Shown: positions 49,718 through 58,908 of the stretch, piece by piece
Numbering within the stretch: position 1 is the stretch's first letter
Layout of the letters: each line of letters opens with the position of its first letter
Assembly: GCA_963832165.1 (NCBI GenBank)
Contig: CAWHTE010000003.1
Coordinates: 640,001-704,000 of the forward strand
Source: an uncultured delta proteobacterium
GTDB lineage: Bacteria; Myxococcota_A; UBA9160; SMWR01
Length of the DNA: 64,000 bases
Reading direction: 5' to 3'
The notes under the pieces: generated by a model
Databases searched by the model: none
Seen by the model: the letters and a program-made list of their open reading frames with translations, nothing else
What the model was told of the DNA's origin: nothing
Made by a program: the position numbers and the translations under genes

Positions 49718-49757
49718 CGACGCGACGGCGGCCTCGCTTGATGCGCGAAGACGTGGG

Positions 49758-51065
49758 CTACGCGAGCGCCCCGATCGTTTCCTGTGCGACCACGCGCGCG
49801 TAGATGGCGCGGATCCGGCGGCGCGCCGCGCCGACGCGCTCTCGGAGCTCGTCGGGTCCCGCGCCGGGCAGGGCCAGCTCCGCGACCGCCACGAGCTCCG
49901 CGGGCAGGCGCTCGACGGCTCGGCCGGCCACCCAGCGCGCGCACGCCTCGACTCCGCGCAGCAGCTGGTAGTCGTCGAGCAGCGGCTCGGCCGCCACGTG
50001 CTCACCGACCGCGGCCAGCATCGTGCTCACGCTCGGAATCTCCGGGAACGCGCGCGCTCCGCGCTCGAGCAGTGCGCCGCCCGCGATGAAGTCGACGTCC
50101 ATGAGTCCACCCGAGCCGGTCTTGAACGCGCTCGCGCCGTCGTCGCCGCGCGCGCGCTCGTCGACCACGCGCGCGCGGAGCTCCGCGAGCTCCTTCCAGG
50201 GCGGCGTGGGGTGCGGGATCACGTGCGCCCGCACAGCGCGGAGGCGCTCGGCTGCGTCGCCGGTCGCACCCGCGATCGGACGAGCCCGCAGCATCGCGAG
50301 GTGCTCCCAGGTCGCCGCATCGCGCGTCTGATAGCGCTCGTAGCCCTCGAACGAGGCCACGAGCATTCCCTGCTGACCCGACGGCCGCAGCCGGGTATCG
50401 ACCTCGTAGGCCACGCCCGCGCCGGTCATCGTGGTGAGGTACGCGATCAGCCGCTGGCCGAGGCGCGACGCGCGGTCGATCTCCGCGACGCCGCCGAACA
50501 GGAAGATCAGGTCGAGGTCGGAGTGGTACGTAAACTCGCGTCCGGCGATCTTGCCCATGCCGATCACCGCGAAGGAGTCGCCCGAGCCCTCGCCGCCACG
50601 CAGGTAGTGGTGCGCGAGCGCGAGCGCGAAGCGCGCCGTGGTCTCCGCGACCCGGGACAGGTAGTCGGAGACGTCCTCGAATGGCGCGAGGCCGCCGAAG
50701 TGGACGCACGCGGCGAGCGCGGTCTCCTCGCGCCGACGCAGCCGCAGGAAGTCGAGTGCGCCTTCGAGATCGAGAGCGGCGAGTGCCTCGCTGTCCGCGT
50801 CGAGCCGCGCTGCGCGCTCTGCGAGCGTATTCGGTGTGAGCTCGGCCACGCGCTCGAACCAGGCCGGTCGGTTCGCGAGGAAGCTCGCGAGATCGGGCTG
50901 CGTGGCCACGAGCCGAGCGAGGCCGCGCAGCACCGGCTCCGGGAGCCGGCCCGCCGCGAAGTCTCCGCCGCGCCGCTCGGCGAAACGCGCCGAGGCGGGA
51001 GCGGCGCGCGCGTCGAGCGGCGTACCCGCGAGCACCTCGTCGAAACGCGCTGCGAGCGCACTCAT
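49758..51065 (-). CDS. glnE: GlnE-like nucleotidyltransferase, C-terminal (adenylyltransferase-type) half
   Basis: GMGKIAGREFTYHSDLDL, YEVDTRLRPSG, WEH, KTGSGGLMDVDF. Confidence 0.82.
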   Translation of the reverse strand: MSALAARFDEVLAGTPLDARAAPASARFAERRGGDFAAGRLPEPVLRGLARLVATQPDLASFLANRPAWFERVAELTPNTLAERAARLDADSEALAALDLEGALDFLRLRRREETALAACVHFGGLAPFEDVSDYLSRVAETTARFALALAHHYLRGGEGSGDSFAVIGMGKIAGREFTYHSDLDLIFLFGGVAEIDRASRLGQRLIAYLTTMTGAGVAYEVDTRLRPSGQQGMLVASFEGYERYQTRDAATWEHLAMLRARPIAGATGDAAERLRAVRAHVIPHPTPPWKELAELRARVVDERARGDDGASAFKTGSGGLMDVDFIAGGALLERGARAFPEIPSVSTMLAAVGEHVAAEPLLDDYQLLRGVEACARWVAGRAVERLPAELVAVAELALPGAGPDELRERVGAARRRIRAIYARVVAQETIGALA

Positions 51066-52486
51066 CTCGCGCGGCTCCCGAGGACGAGGGCCTCGAACTG
51101 CTCGCGCACCTCTGCGCGGGTGCGCGCGAGATCGTCCTCGAAGCGCTGGGCGGCGCGTTCCGCCTCGGCATCCGCATAGCCCATCCGGCGCGCGAGCGCG
51201 GTGCGCTCCACGAGATTGCGCGGCAGCTGGGCGGTCTGTTGCTCTTCCGCGAGCTGGAGCGCGTGCTCGGCTTGCCGCAGCCAGCGATAGCCGTTCGCGA
51301 GCACGATCGCCGAGCTCGCGGGCAGGATCTCTGCGCGCGCGAGGCCATCGATCGCCGCGAGCACGTTCCCCGTGCGCAGCTCGGGCCGGCGCCCCGCGTG
51401 GAAGAGCTGGAGCGCCTGGACCGTGAATTCGACGTCGCGGATCCCGCCCGGACCCTCCTTGAGATTCTCGTCGACGTCGTGTCCGTGCTCGCGCCGTTCG
51501 GTCTCGATCCGGGTCTTCATCGCACGTACCGCATCGATCACGCCGGGATCGATTGCGCGCCGGTACACGAATGGCTCGATGCCGCGCTCGAACTCCCGAG
51601 CGACCTGCGGCGCGCCCGCGAGATGGCGCAGCCGCAAGAGCATCTGGCGCTCCCACTCGGCGCCGCGCAGCTCGTAGTAGCCGAGCGTTCCCTCGACGCC
51701 GCGCACGAGCGTCCCCGCCGCGCCCTCGGGTCGCAGATCGAGGTCGACGCGGTAGGCGAAGCCGAGCTCGGTGGGCTCGCTGAGCCGCCGCTTGAGCTCC
51801 TGCACCACGGCCGATGCCGATTCGCGCGCGGCGTGTCCGCTTTCGTCGGGAGGTGCATCGCAGACGAACAGTAGATCCACGTCGGAGGAGAAGTTGAGCT
51901 CGCGCCCGCCGAGCTTGCCGAGCGCGAACAGCGCCGGTGGCTCGCGCTCGCCCGACGCGAGGACGAGCGCGCGGCGCAGGATGTCGTCGGCGAGGTCGGA
52001 GAGCTCGGTGAGTCCGGCTTCGAACGGGCGCGCGCGATCGCGCGCGGCGATCCGCAACAGACCGCGGTACTTGGAGCGGTGCAGCGCGGCCCAGTCCGCG
52101 TGCTCCGAAACGGGTTCGGGCGCCGGGGCGAGCTCATGCGCGAGGTCCTGCGTCCACTCCGGTTCGCGTGTGAGCCAGCGCCCGAGGAAGTGACTGTCGC
52201 CGAGCACGCGCGCGAGCGCGACGCTCGCGCGGAGTGCGCTACGGGTCCGTTCGCGGTGTGCGTGCGCGACCTCGACGAGACGCCGCGCGCCCGCCACCGC
52301 GCTCGCGCTCGCGATCAGCGCCGGAAGCCAGTCCTCGAGCTGCGGCGCGAGATCCGGATCGCGCGCGGCCGCGACGAGCGCCTGCGCCTCCTCGGCCGGC
52401 GCGACCGAACCTGCGCGCGCGAGATCTTCGACGTGCGGGTCGCCAGCGCGCAGCGACTCGATCACGCGTCGGGCGAGCTCGTTCAC
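51062..52486 (-). CDS. glnE: GlnE-like nucleotidyltransferase, N-terminal (adenylyl-removase-type) half
   Basis: LGKLGGRELNFSSDVDL, RVDLDLRPEG, WERQ, NLKEGPGGIRDVEF, EHALQ. Confidence 0.85.
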   Translation of the reverse strand: MNELARRVIESLRAGDPHVEDLARAGSVAPAEEAQALVAAARDPDLAPQLEDWLPALIASASAVAGARRLVEVAHAHRERTRSALRASVALARVLGDSHFLGRWLTREPEWTQDLAHELAPAPEPVSEHADWAALHRSKYRGLLRIAARDRARPFEAGLTELSDLADDILRRALVLASGEREPPALFALGKLGGRELNFSSDVDLLFVCDAPPDESGHAARESASAVVQELKRRLSEPTELGFAYRVDLDLRPEGAAGTLVRGVEGTLGYYELRGAEWERQMLLRLRHLAGAPQVAREFERGIEPFVYRRAIDPGVIDAVRAMKTRIETERREHGHDVDENLKEGPGGIRDVEFTVQALQLFHAGRRPELRTGNVLAAIDGLARAEILPASSAIVLANGYRWLRQAEHALQLAEEQQTAQLPRNLVERTALARRMGYADAEAERAAQRFEDDLARTRAEVREQFEALVLGSRAR

Positions 52487-52583
52487 GCGCGGGCCAGGGT
52501 AGCGCGATCGCGCTCGGGCTATCGTGCCGCGCAAGCGGTTCCCCCGCGCGCAGCGAGGCGGAGCCGAGCGGAGATCGGTAGGG

Positions 52584-52856
52584 ATGGAAGCACGCGATTC
52601 GATCGGCTTCTTCGGACTCGCGCTGTCTCCGCGCGTGGTCCGGCGTGCGCTGCTCTACGCCGTGGTGGTGGGTGCGATCCTGATCGCGATCAACCACGGC
52701 GACGCGCTCCTGGCCGGCGAGGTCGGGGCCGAGCGCTGGTGGAAGATGGGCCTCACGGTGCTCGTGCCCTACACCGTCTCGACGCTGTCGAGTGTCGGAG
52801 CGCTGCGCTCCTCGCAGGCGCCTTCCGCGCTCCGCGGAGATCCGGAGGCTCGCTAG
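52584..52856 (+). CDS. nrtS: NrtS-like small membrane protein
   Basis: RRALLYAVVVGAILIAINHGD..LTVLVPYTVST matches my recollection of the NrtS family. Confidence 0.7.
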   Translation: MEARDSIGFFGLALSPRVVRRALLYAVVVGAILIAINHGDALLAGEVGAERWWKMGLTVLVPYTVSTLSSVGALRSSQAPSALRGDPEAR

Positions 52857-53245
52857 AAGCGCACCTCGACCGTCAGGCCCACGCTCTTCTTCTTGCGCAC
52901 GATCGGGCCCTGGAAGCCGAGCTCGATCGGCGAGTCGCCGAGCTTCATCTCGTGGCGATACTCGAGGCCGACGCCCTTCTTGTAATGGACGTTCTCGCCC
53001 ATCCATGCAGGCGGTCGGTCGGCGTTCGGGCTGAGCCACCGAAACGACGTGGGCAACGGCCGCGGAAGCGGATCGGCCGCGCCGCTCATCGGCAGGCCCA
53101 CGGCAAGTCCCACGCCGAGCGTGGCGAGCCACGCGCCGGGAGCGCGCGAGAGATCGGTGAGGTCCGGAAGGAGGTCCGAGAGGTCGTCCGTGAGGTCCAG
53201 AAGGAGATCCGAGAGGTCCGGAAGGTTGGGCAGGGGGTTTGTCAT
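52853..53245 (-). CDS. Hypothetical exported protein with LPDLSDL repeats and a C-terminal beta-signal-like end
   Basis: GGAGG RBS; hydrophobic segment; ends VGLTVEVRF. Confidence 0.6.
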   Translation of the reverse strand: MTNPLPNLPDLSDLLLDLTDDLSDLLPDLTDLSRAPGAWLATLGVGLAVGLPMSGAADPLPRPLPTSFRWLSPNADRPPAWMGENVHYKKGVGLEYRHEMKLGDSPIELGFQGPIVRKKKSVGLTVEVRF

Positions 53246-53464
53246 GGCGTCGCACCTCCGGTGCGAATCTGGCCTGTGGTATTGCAACGGCCGTGCCTGG
53301 GTGTCTCACGGGTGATCATTTAGATACCCGAGTAGAAACAGATACTTATGCCATGGCACTCGAAGCGATTCCGCAATTGTGGGTACTCCTGTGCCCAGCT
53401 CGGGCACTTCGCGCGGCTCGAATTGCACGTGGTTGCCGGTGCGAGAGCGTGTTTCAATCGCCCG

Positions 53465-54091
53465 ATGGAAGAGCGCGCGAAGCGGATCGTGGTGGCCGCG
53501 ATCGAGCTCGCCGAGAAGGGTGGCTTCGAGGGCGTGCGGCTGCGCGACGTGGCCGCGCACGCGAATGTGGCGCTGGGCACCGTCTATCGCCGGTTTCGCA
53601 GCAAGGAAGACCTCCTGCTCGCGGCGCTCGAGCTCCAGATGGCGTCGCTCGAGCAGCGGATCGACGCGGTGCCGCTCGCGGGCGTCGCGCCGCTCCACCG
53701 CGTCCACGAGTTCTTCCGCCTCACCACCGACGGCATGTGTTCGCGCCCACACCTCGCGCGCGCTCTCGTGCGCGCGGTGGTGGCGGGCGGACCGGACCTC
53801 TCGCAGCGCGTGGCGGCGTTCCATCACCGCATCGAGGCGATGATCGCGCGCGCGTTGCGCGGCCGCGGCGACCCCGAGCCGCCCAACGAGATCGAGCGGC
53901 GCGTGGCGAAGGCCCTCGTGCATGTCTGGTTCGCGTCGCTCACGGGCTGGGCGAGCGGACTGCGCGGCGTCGACGAGGTCGTCGAGGAGACGCGCAGCGC
54001 GGCGGAGCTGATCCTGGGCGGATCGGCACGCACGGAGCCGTCGGTGTCCGACGGCGATTCCGGCTTGCCGCCCCAGAGGGAACATGTTTGA
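53465..54091 (+). CDS. TetR-family regulator, KstR-like
   Basis: AEKGGFEGVRLRDVAAHANVALGTVYRRFRSKEDLL; HVWFASLTGWASG. Confidence 0.85.
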   Translation: MEERAKRIVVAAIELAEKGGFEGVRLRDVAAHANVALGTVYRRFRSKEDLLLAALELQMASLEQRIDAVPLAGVAPLHRVHEFFRLTTDGMCSRPHLARALVRAVVAGGPDLSQRVAAFHHRIEAMIARALRGRGDPEPPNEIERRVAKALVHVWFASLTGWASGLRGVDEVVEETRSAAELILGGSARTEPSVSDGDSGLPPQREHV

Positions 54092-54143
54092 ATCCGGGCC
54101 CGAGAGCGACCCGAGCCAAGACTAGGAGAGGGTGAGGACGACC

Positions 54144-54338
54144 ATGAAGATCGTGATCGACTACGACCTGTGCGAGGCCAACGCGGTGTGCATGGACGTC
54201 TGCCCCGAGTGCTTTCGCGTCGAAGAAGACGACACGCTCACCGTTCTGATCGACCGACCGCCGGAGAAGCTGCGCGCGAAAGTCGAAGAGGCGGTGCGTC
54301 TCTGCCCGCGCCAGGCGATCTCGCTCGTCGAAGACTGA
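54144..54338 (+). CDS. Single-cluster ([3Fe-4S]-type) ferredoxin
   Basis: DLCEANAVCMDVCPECF..CPRQAI. Confidence 0.92.
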   Translation: MKIVIDYDLCEANAVCMDVCPECFRVEEDDTLTVLIDRPPEKLRAKVEEAVRLCPRQAISLVED

Positions 54339-54719
54339 TCCCAAATCGACAACTGGATCGGCAACTAGCGCGTCATTTTTTCAGGGCCGGGTAAATCGTC
54401 CCGATCAGCGACACGCAGAATCGCGCCGAACGCCGCACACACGCGCGTAGGGGATTTCGGCCTGATCCTTGCAGCCCTTCCCGCCCTAACAGGCGGAGGT
54501 GTGCAGCTTGGACCCCCTCGTGGAATTCGTGCTTCGATTTCGAGAATGCCAGCGAGAGAACGAAACGAAGGACCGTCAGTCCATTCCGTCACTGCTCGTG
54601 AAGCGCTCGTTGCGCGCGGCGCCGGTTTCGATCCAAGCGGAAAGCGCACAGGTTCTCGGTAAGCCGGAGCGACGCATTCCCGCCCGGATGGGGCACGCCG
54701 CCTAATGCCCCAGTCGACC

Positions 54720-54935
54720 ATGACGTCCGATCAACTCAAGAAGATTCGGCGTGAGGCGCTCGAGGAGATCACGGAAGGTCGGGGCCTCCGGCCTTGGGGT
54801 CTGTGTGCCCTGGTCGGAAGCCTCAAAGGCGAGTTGCTCCGACTCCGTCGCGAGCAGCCCGAGAGCGAGTGGGCTTCCTGGTGGCTTCTCGAGATCGAGA
54901 GCCAGACCGCTCCGCGAGAGTCACAGCGCTCCTAG
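54720..54935 (+). CDS. Small hypothetical protein
   Basis: Protein-like 71-aa ORF in an otherwise empty, less GC-rich gap. Confidence 0.4.
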   Translation: MTSDQLKKIRREALEEITEGRGLRPWGLCALVGSLKGELLRLRREQPESEWASWWLLEIESQTAPRESQRS

Positions 54936-54960
54936 CGCTCGCGACTGATGCGGAATGAAG

Positions 54961-55036
54961 TGGTGGAGCTGAGGGGAATCGAACCCCTGACCCTCAGACT
55001 GCCAGCCTGATGCTCTCCCAGCTGAGCTACAGCCCC
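54961..55036 (-). tRNA. tRNA-Ala(GGC)
   Basis: GGGGCTGTAGCTCAGCTGGGAGAGC..CT GGC AG..GGTTCGATTCCCCTCAGCTCCACCA; G3:U70 pair; encoded CCA. Confidence 0.97.
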
Positions 55037-55047
55037 ACGGGTTTCGC

Positions 55048-55076
55048 AAGCTAACCCCCGCTGTCTCGACTGTCAA
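55048..55076 (-). promoter_or_regulatory. Sigma70-type promoter of tRNA-Ala
   Basis: TTGACA (55076-55071), 17-nt spacer, TAGCTT (55053-55048). Confidence 0.7.
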
Positions 55077-55138
55077 AACGCCGCGCGCGCTTGCTGGGGC
55101 GTTCGAGACTCGGCGTGTTACCTTGCGCGGCGATTCCT

Positions 55139-55222
55139 GCCGGAGTGGCGGAATTGGCATACGCAGGGCACTCAAAATGCCCCGGTCGCAAGGCCTTGTG
55201 GGTTCGAATCCCACCTCCGGCA
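55139..55222 (+). tRNA. tRNA-Leu(CAA)
   Basis: GCCGGAG acceptor stem, GGGCA-CT CAA AA-TGCCC anticodon arm, long variable arm, GGTTCGAATCC; followed by CCG, so CCA is not fully encoded. Confidence 0.95.
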
Positions 55223-55236
55223 CCGGGGGTTCGTCC

Positions 55237-55560
55237 GTGACTTCTGTCACCGCTGCGCGCACGGCGGCACGTGCGCTCGCCGTGCTCGCATTGCTCGCGC
55301 CGCTATTTCTCGCCGAGCGCGCGGATGCGCAGTACCGCGAATTCGTGGGCCGGGTCGTTTCGATCGATGCGCAATCGCTCGTCGTCAAGGATCGCCGCGG
55401 CAACAAGGTGAGCTTCGCGCGCGCCGATCACACGGCCGTCGAGGGCAACAAGAGCGCGTGGGACGCGATCGCGACCGGGGACAAAGTGATCGTGCGCTGG
55501 AAGCTCACCGACGGGACCCTGTGGCGCGTGATCGTGCTCGAGGGCCCACCGAAGGGCTGA
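55237..55560 (+). CDS. Small secreted OB-fold-like hypothetical protein
   Basis: Signal peptide (ADA-Q), GRVVSID, GDKVIVRW. Confidence 0.6.
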   Translation: MTSVTAARTAARALAVLALLAPLFLAERADAQYREFVGRVVSIDAQSLVVKDRRGNKVSFARADHTAVEGNKSAWDAIATGDKVIVRWKLTDGTLWRVIVLEGPPKG

Positions 55561-55577
55561 CGCGCTAGCTTCCCTGA

Positions 55578-56739
55578 ATGGCCAATCCGGCCCGACCGCC
55601 GCTCTCTCCCGAGCAGTACGATCGCTACCGGCGCCACCTGATCCTGCCGGAGATCGGCCTCGAGGGTCAGCGCGCGTTGCTCGACGCGCGCGTGCTGCTG
55701 ATCGGGGCGGGCGGCCTCGGGTGCCCCACCGCGCAGTATCTCGCGGCCGCGGGTGTCGGTACGCTCGGGATCGTCGACTTCGACCACGTCGACGCCTCGA
55801 ACCTGCACCGCCAGGTGCTCTACGGCACGGCGGACGTCGGCCGCGCAAAGGTCGACGTGGCAGCCGAGCGGATCGGCGCGATGAACCCGGACGTGCTCGT
55901 CGAGCGTCATGCGCTGCGGCTCTCCTCCGAGAACGCGCTCGCGCTGTTCGCGGAGTACGACGTGATCGTCGACGGCGCGGACAATTTCCCGACGCGCTAT
56001 CTGACCAACGACGCGTGCGTGCTGCTAGGCCGGCCCAACGTTCACGGCTCGATCTTCCGGTTCGATGGACAGGCGACCGTTTTCGACGCGCGCCACGGGC
56101 CCTGTTACCGCTGCCTCTACCCGGAGCCGCCGCCGCCCGGGTGCGGTGCCCTCGTGCGCCGAGGGCGGAGTCCTCGGCGTGCTGCCGGGGCTCGTCGCGC
56201 TGATCCAGGCCACCGAGACGGTCAAGATCGTCACGGGCGTGGGCGAGCCGCTGTACGGCCGGCTGCTCCAGTACGAAGCGCTGCGGATGGAGTTCCACGA
56301 GTTCCGCGTGAAGAAGGATGCGGAGTGCCCGGTGTGCGGGCCGTCGCCCTCCATCACCGAGCTGATCGACTACGAGGGCTTCTGCGGGGTGCCCGCGGAG
56401 GCGTCGCGCGCGCCATTCGGAGAGATCTCTGCGCATGGGCTCGCGACGCGGCGCGCTGCAGGCGAGGACCTCCTGCTGCTCGACGTGCGCGAGCCCGATG
56501 AGTGGGAGAAGGCGCGCATCGCGGGCGCGCAGCTGATCCCGCTCGGAACTCTCGGATCCCGGATCGCGGAGCTCGCTGATTGGCGCACGCGCCCGGTGGT
56601 CGTGCACTGCCATCACGGCGGGCGCAGCGCGAAGGCCTGTGCGCAGCTGGTCGCGGCTGGGTTCGCGCGTGTCGAGAATCTCGCGGGCGGCATCGACGCG
56701 TGGTCGCTCACCGTCGATCCCGACGTGCCGCGCTACTGA
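55578..56739 (+). CDS. moeB: MoeB/MoeZ adenylyltransferase-rhodanese fusion, +1 frameshift at about 56140
   Basis: RYRRH, GAGGLG, SNLHRQ, CYRC; next frame SCAEGGVLG, CPVC, rhodanese CHHGGRS. Confidence 0.92.
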
Positions 56740-56745
56740 GGATCC

Positions 56746-57090
56746 ATGGCGAAGGCAAAGATCCCCGATCCGCTCGAACGCCGGCACCTCGTGGAGAAGG
56801 AACTGCCGGCCGCGCAGGCGCGCGCGATCGCGGACGCCTACCTCGCCGAAGACCGCTGTGTCGAGGCGGTCGACTTTCTCAAGATCGCCGGAGCCGGCGA
56901 AGCGCTCGCCGCGCTGCGCGAGCGCTCGATCGCGGAGGGCGACGCGTTTCTCTTGCGCGCGGTCGCGGGTGCGCAGGGGGTGCCGCCTTCGCGCGCCGAT
57001 TGGCAGAAGCTCGGCGCGGGAGCCACCGCGCACGGCCGCGAGCGTTATGCGGTCGAAGCGCGGCGCCAGATCGAGCGCGGCGAGGACTGA
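56746..57090 (+). CDS. Hypothetical alpha-helical protein
   Basis: GAGG RBS, 6 bp after moeB, protein-like composition. Confidence 0.7.
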   Translation: MAKAKIPDPLERRHLVEKELPAAQARAIADAYLAEDRCVEAVDFLKIAGAGEALAALRERSIAEGDAFLLRAVAGAQGVPPSRADWQKLGAGATAHGRERYAVEARRQIERGED

Positions 57091-57376
57091 ACCCCGCGGC
57101 GCAATAACCGCGCGCGTGCGCACGCTTGGCACGGCGGGATGCACACGCCCCGCGCTCGCGCCCCGGGCTCGAGCGGCGCGGTGCCCGCTGCCATCTTTGA
57201 ACCCGCCGTGGCTGTGATACTCTGGCTATTGCGTGCGAGTGGCCCCTGGAATCGCTCGATCTCGGCGCTCCCTGGATGCGCCTCTGATTCCCGGCCCGCA
57301 CGCGCAGTCGCCCCCGACGCGGCCGCTCCCAGTGCGGGCGCTCGGCTGCGGGGGGCTCGCATAGAAGAGGGTAGGC

Positions 57377-57721
57377 ATGTCGATGTCGCGAATCCCGTCG
57401 GTCGTCTTGCACTTCCGTGACCTGGATATCGATGAGACGGTTCGAGATGCCGTTCATCGCCGCTGCGATCATCTCGCCGACGAGTTTCACGAAGTGAGTC
57501 GATTCGAGGTGACGATCGCGGGGGACGGCGTGGGCTATAGCGCGCACGGGCACGCGACCGGGAAGAACACCGACATCGCGACCCACGCCAATGCCGAAGC
57601 GCCGCGCGCGGCCTCGGACCAGGTGCTCGACAAGATCGAGCGCCAGCTCCGCCGCGTTCACGAGAAGCGGATCTTCGCGCGCCGGCGCGAGGCGCGGCGC
57701 GAGAAGGGTCTGATCAGCTAG
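57377..57721 (+). CDS. hpf: HPF/RaiA ribosome-associated protein
   Basis: LHFRDLDIDETVR..DQVLDKIERQLRR. Confidence 0.75.
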   Translation: MSMSRIPSVVLHFRDLDIDETVRDAVHRRCDHLADEFHEVSRFEVTIAGDGVGYSAHGHATGKNTDIATHANAEAPRAASDQVLDKIERQLRRVHEKRIFARRREARREKGLIS

Positions 57722-58206
57722 TCGCTTCGCTTCGCGGCGCCGTGTCCCTTGCCCTTGCCCTTGCTCTTTCCGTGGGCTTTGCCGCGGTTCGCCTTGGCCG
57801 CCTTCGCGCGGAGGCCTCCGGGCACGCGGTCGTCGGGGCAGGGCTCCCAGCGCGCGTCGATGTAGGGGGCCTGGATCCACTGGCCTGCGTCGAGGCGCAG
57901 GTAGACGCCGTTCCAGTAGTAGTAGTTCGGGAGGCCGACCACCACGTAGACGCCGAGTCCGCTGTCGAACACGAGATCCACCGTGCTCTCGCGGTGCTGG
58001 TAGGCGCGTTGGTGCTTCTGCCGATACCCGTGTGCGGGCGCCCACGGCGGCGGACCGCCCCTGTGGCTCTCCTGGACGACCACCGGACCCCTCGGCGCGG
58101 GCGGTCCACCTCGGCCGACCGTGACCGAGTGCACGGGACCACACGCGAGCAGCGAGCCGCAGCCCGCGCAGGCGAGCAGCAGCGACAGCGAACGGACGAA
58201 GCGCAT
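57718..58206 (-). CDS. Hypothetical lipoprotein with GPPPWAPAHGYR motif and Gly/Lys tail
   Basis: Signal with Cys (LLAC); GKSKGKGKGHG tail; GAGGA RBS. Confidence 0.7.
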   Translation of the reverse strand: MRFVRSLSLLLACAGCGSLLACGPVHSVTVGRGGPPAPRGPVVVQESHRGGPPPWAPAHGYRQKHQRAYQHRESTVDLVFDSGLGVYVVVGLPNYYYWNGVYLRLDAGQWIQAPYIDARWEPCPDDRVPGGLRAKAAKANRGKAHGKSKGKGKGHGAAKRSD

Positions 58207-58350
58207 CGTTGATCCTCTCAGCTCGACCGCCGCGTGAGCGCGCGATCGCTGAGAGAGATCGGCTGCTGGCGTGCGCCGCTTGATCGCCGCGCTTGGTCGA
58301 AGTGGTGACGTGGACCACAAATTCGGAAGAGGGAGTCGCGCGGCAGGCGT

Positions 58351-58794
58351 TCAGGGCTTGAGATCGACCGCCGCCCGGTAGCTGCCATCCATGTAGAAGG
58401 GCACCGAGACGTGCTCGTGGGTCACCTTCCACTCGCGGCCAATCCTGCAGAAGCAGACCGTCGCGCGCACCCAGACGTCGGACGTCTCTCCATCGGTTCT
58501 CGCACCGTGGATTCGATTCGACATCCGCGCGAAGGCCACGTCGCTTCCGGCCGTGACGTGCACGTCTCGGATCTCGATGCCGATCGGCCCGCTCCAGCTG
58601 CGGAACCACTCCTCGAAGTTCCTGCGCAGAGTGGCGGTGCCCCGGTTCCAGAGCGGCGGCGCCAGATCGGCCGTGACCGCGTCCGGCGCATAGAGCGGCA
58701 TGAGACGCTCGACGTCCTTCGCGCGGACCGCGGCGGCCCAGGCGTCGATCTTGGCGCGAACCTCGTTCTCGTCGTGTTGATGAGAGGTCGTCAT
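58351..58794 (-). CDS. SnoaL/NTF2-like (YybH-type) protein
   Basis: WAAAVRAKD, VWVRAT, WKVTHEHVSVPF; AAGGAG RBS. Confidence 0.85.
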   Translation of the reverse strand: MTTSHQHDENEVRAKIDAWAAAVRAKDVERLMPLYAPDAVTADLAPPLWNRGTATLRRNFEEWFRSWSGPIGIEIRDVHVTAGSDVAFARMSNRIHGARTDGETSDVWVRATVCFCRIGREWKVTHEHVSVPFYMDGSYRAAVDLKP

Positions 58795-58908
58795 CGCGGG
58801 ACTCCTTCGTCTTGGAGCGCTGTGCGCTCCCATGGAACTGACGGACGGGTCAGCGATGTTTCGACAATCTCCTGCGGCTTTTCGGGCAGGTCGAACAAAC
58901 GAGGGAAG

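Noticed and set aside
53150..53226. Direct repeats as a possible CRISPR array
   Set aside because: Short, degenerate, no unique spacers, in frame within a CDS, and no cas genes.
57718..58908. Integrative element at the selC 3' end
   Set aside because: No integrase and no duplicated tRNA 3' end found within the window.
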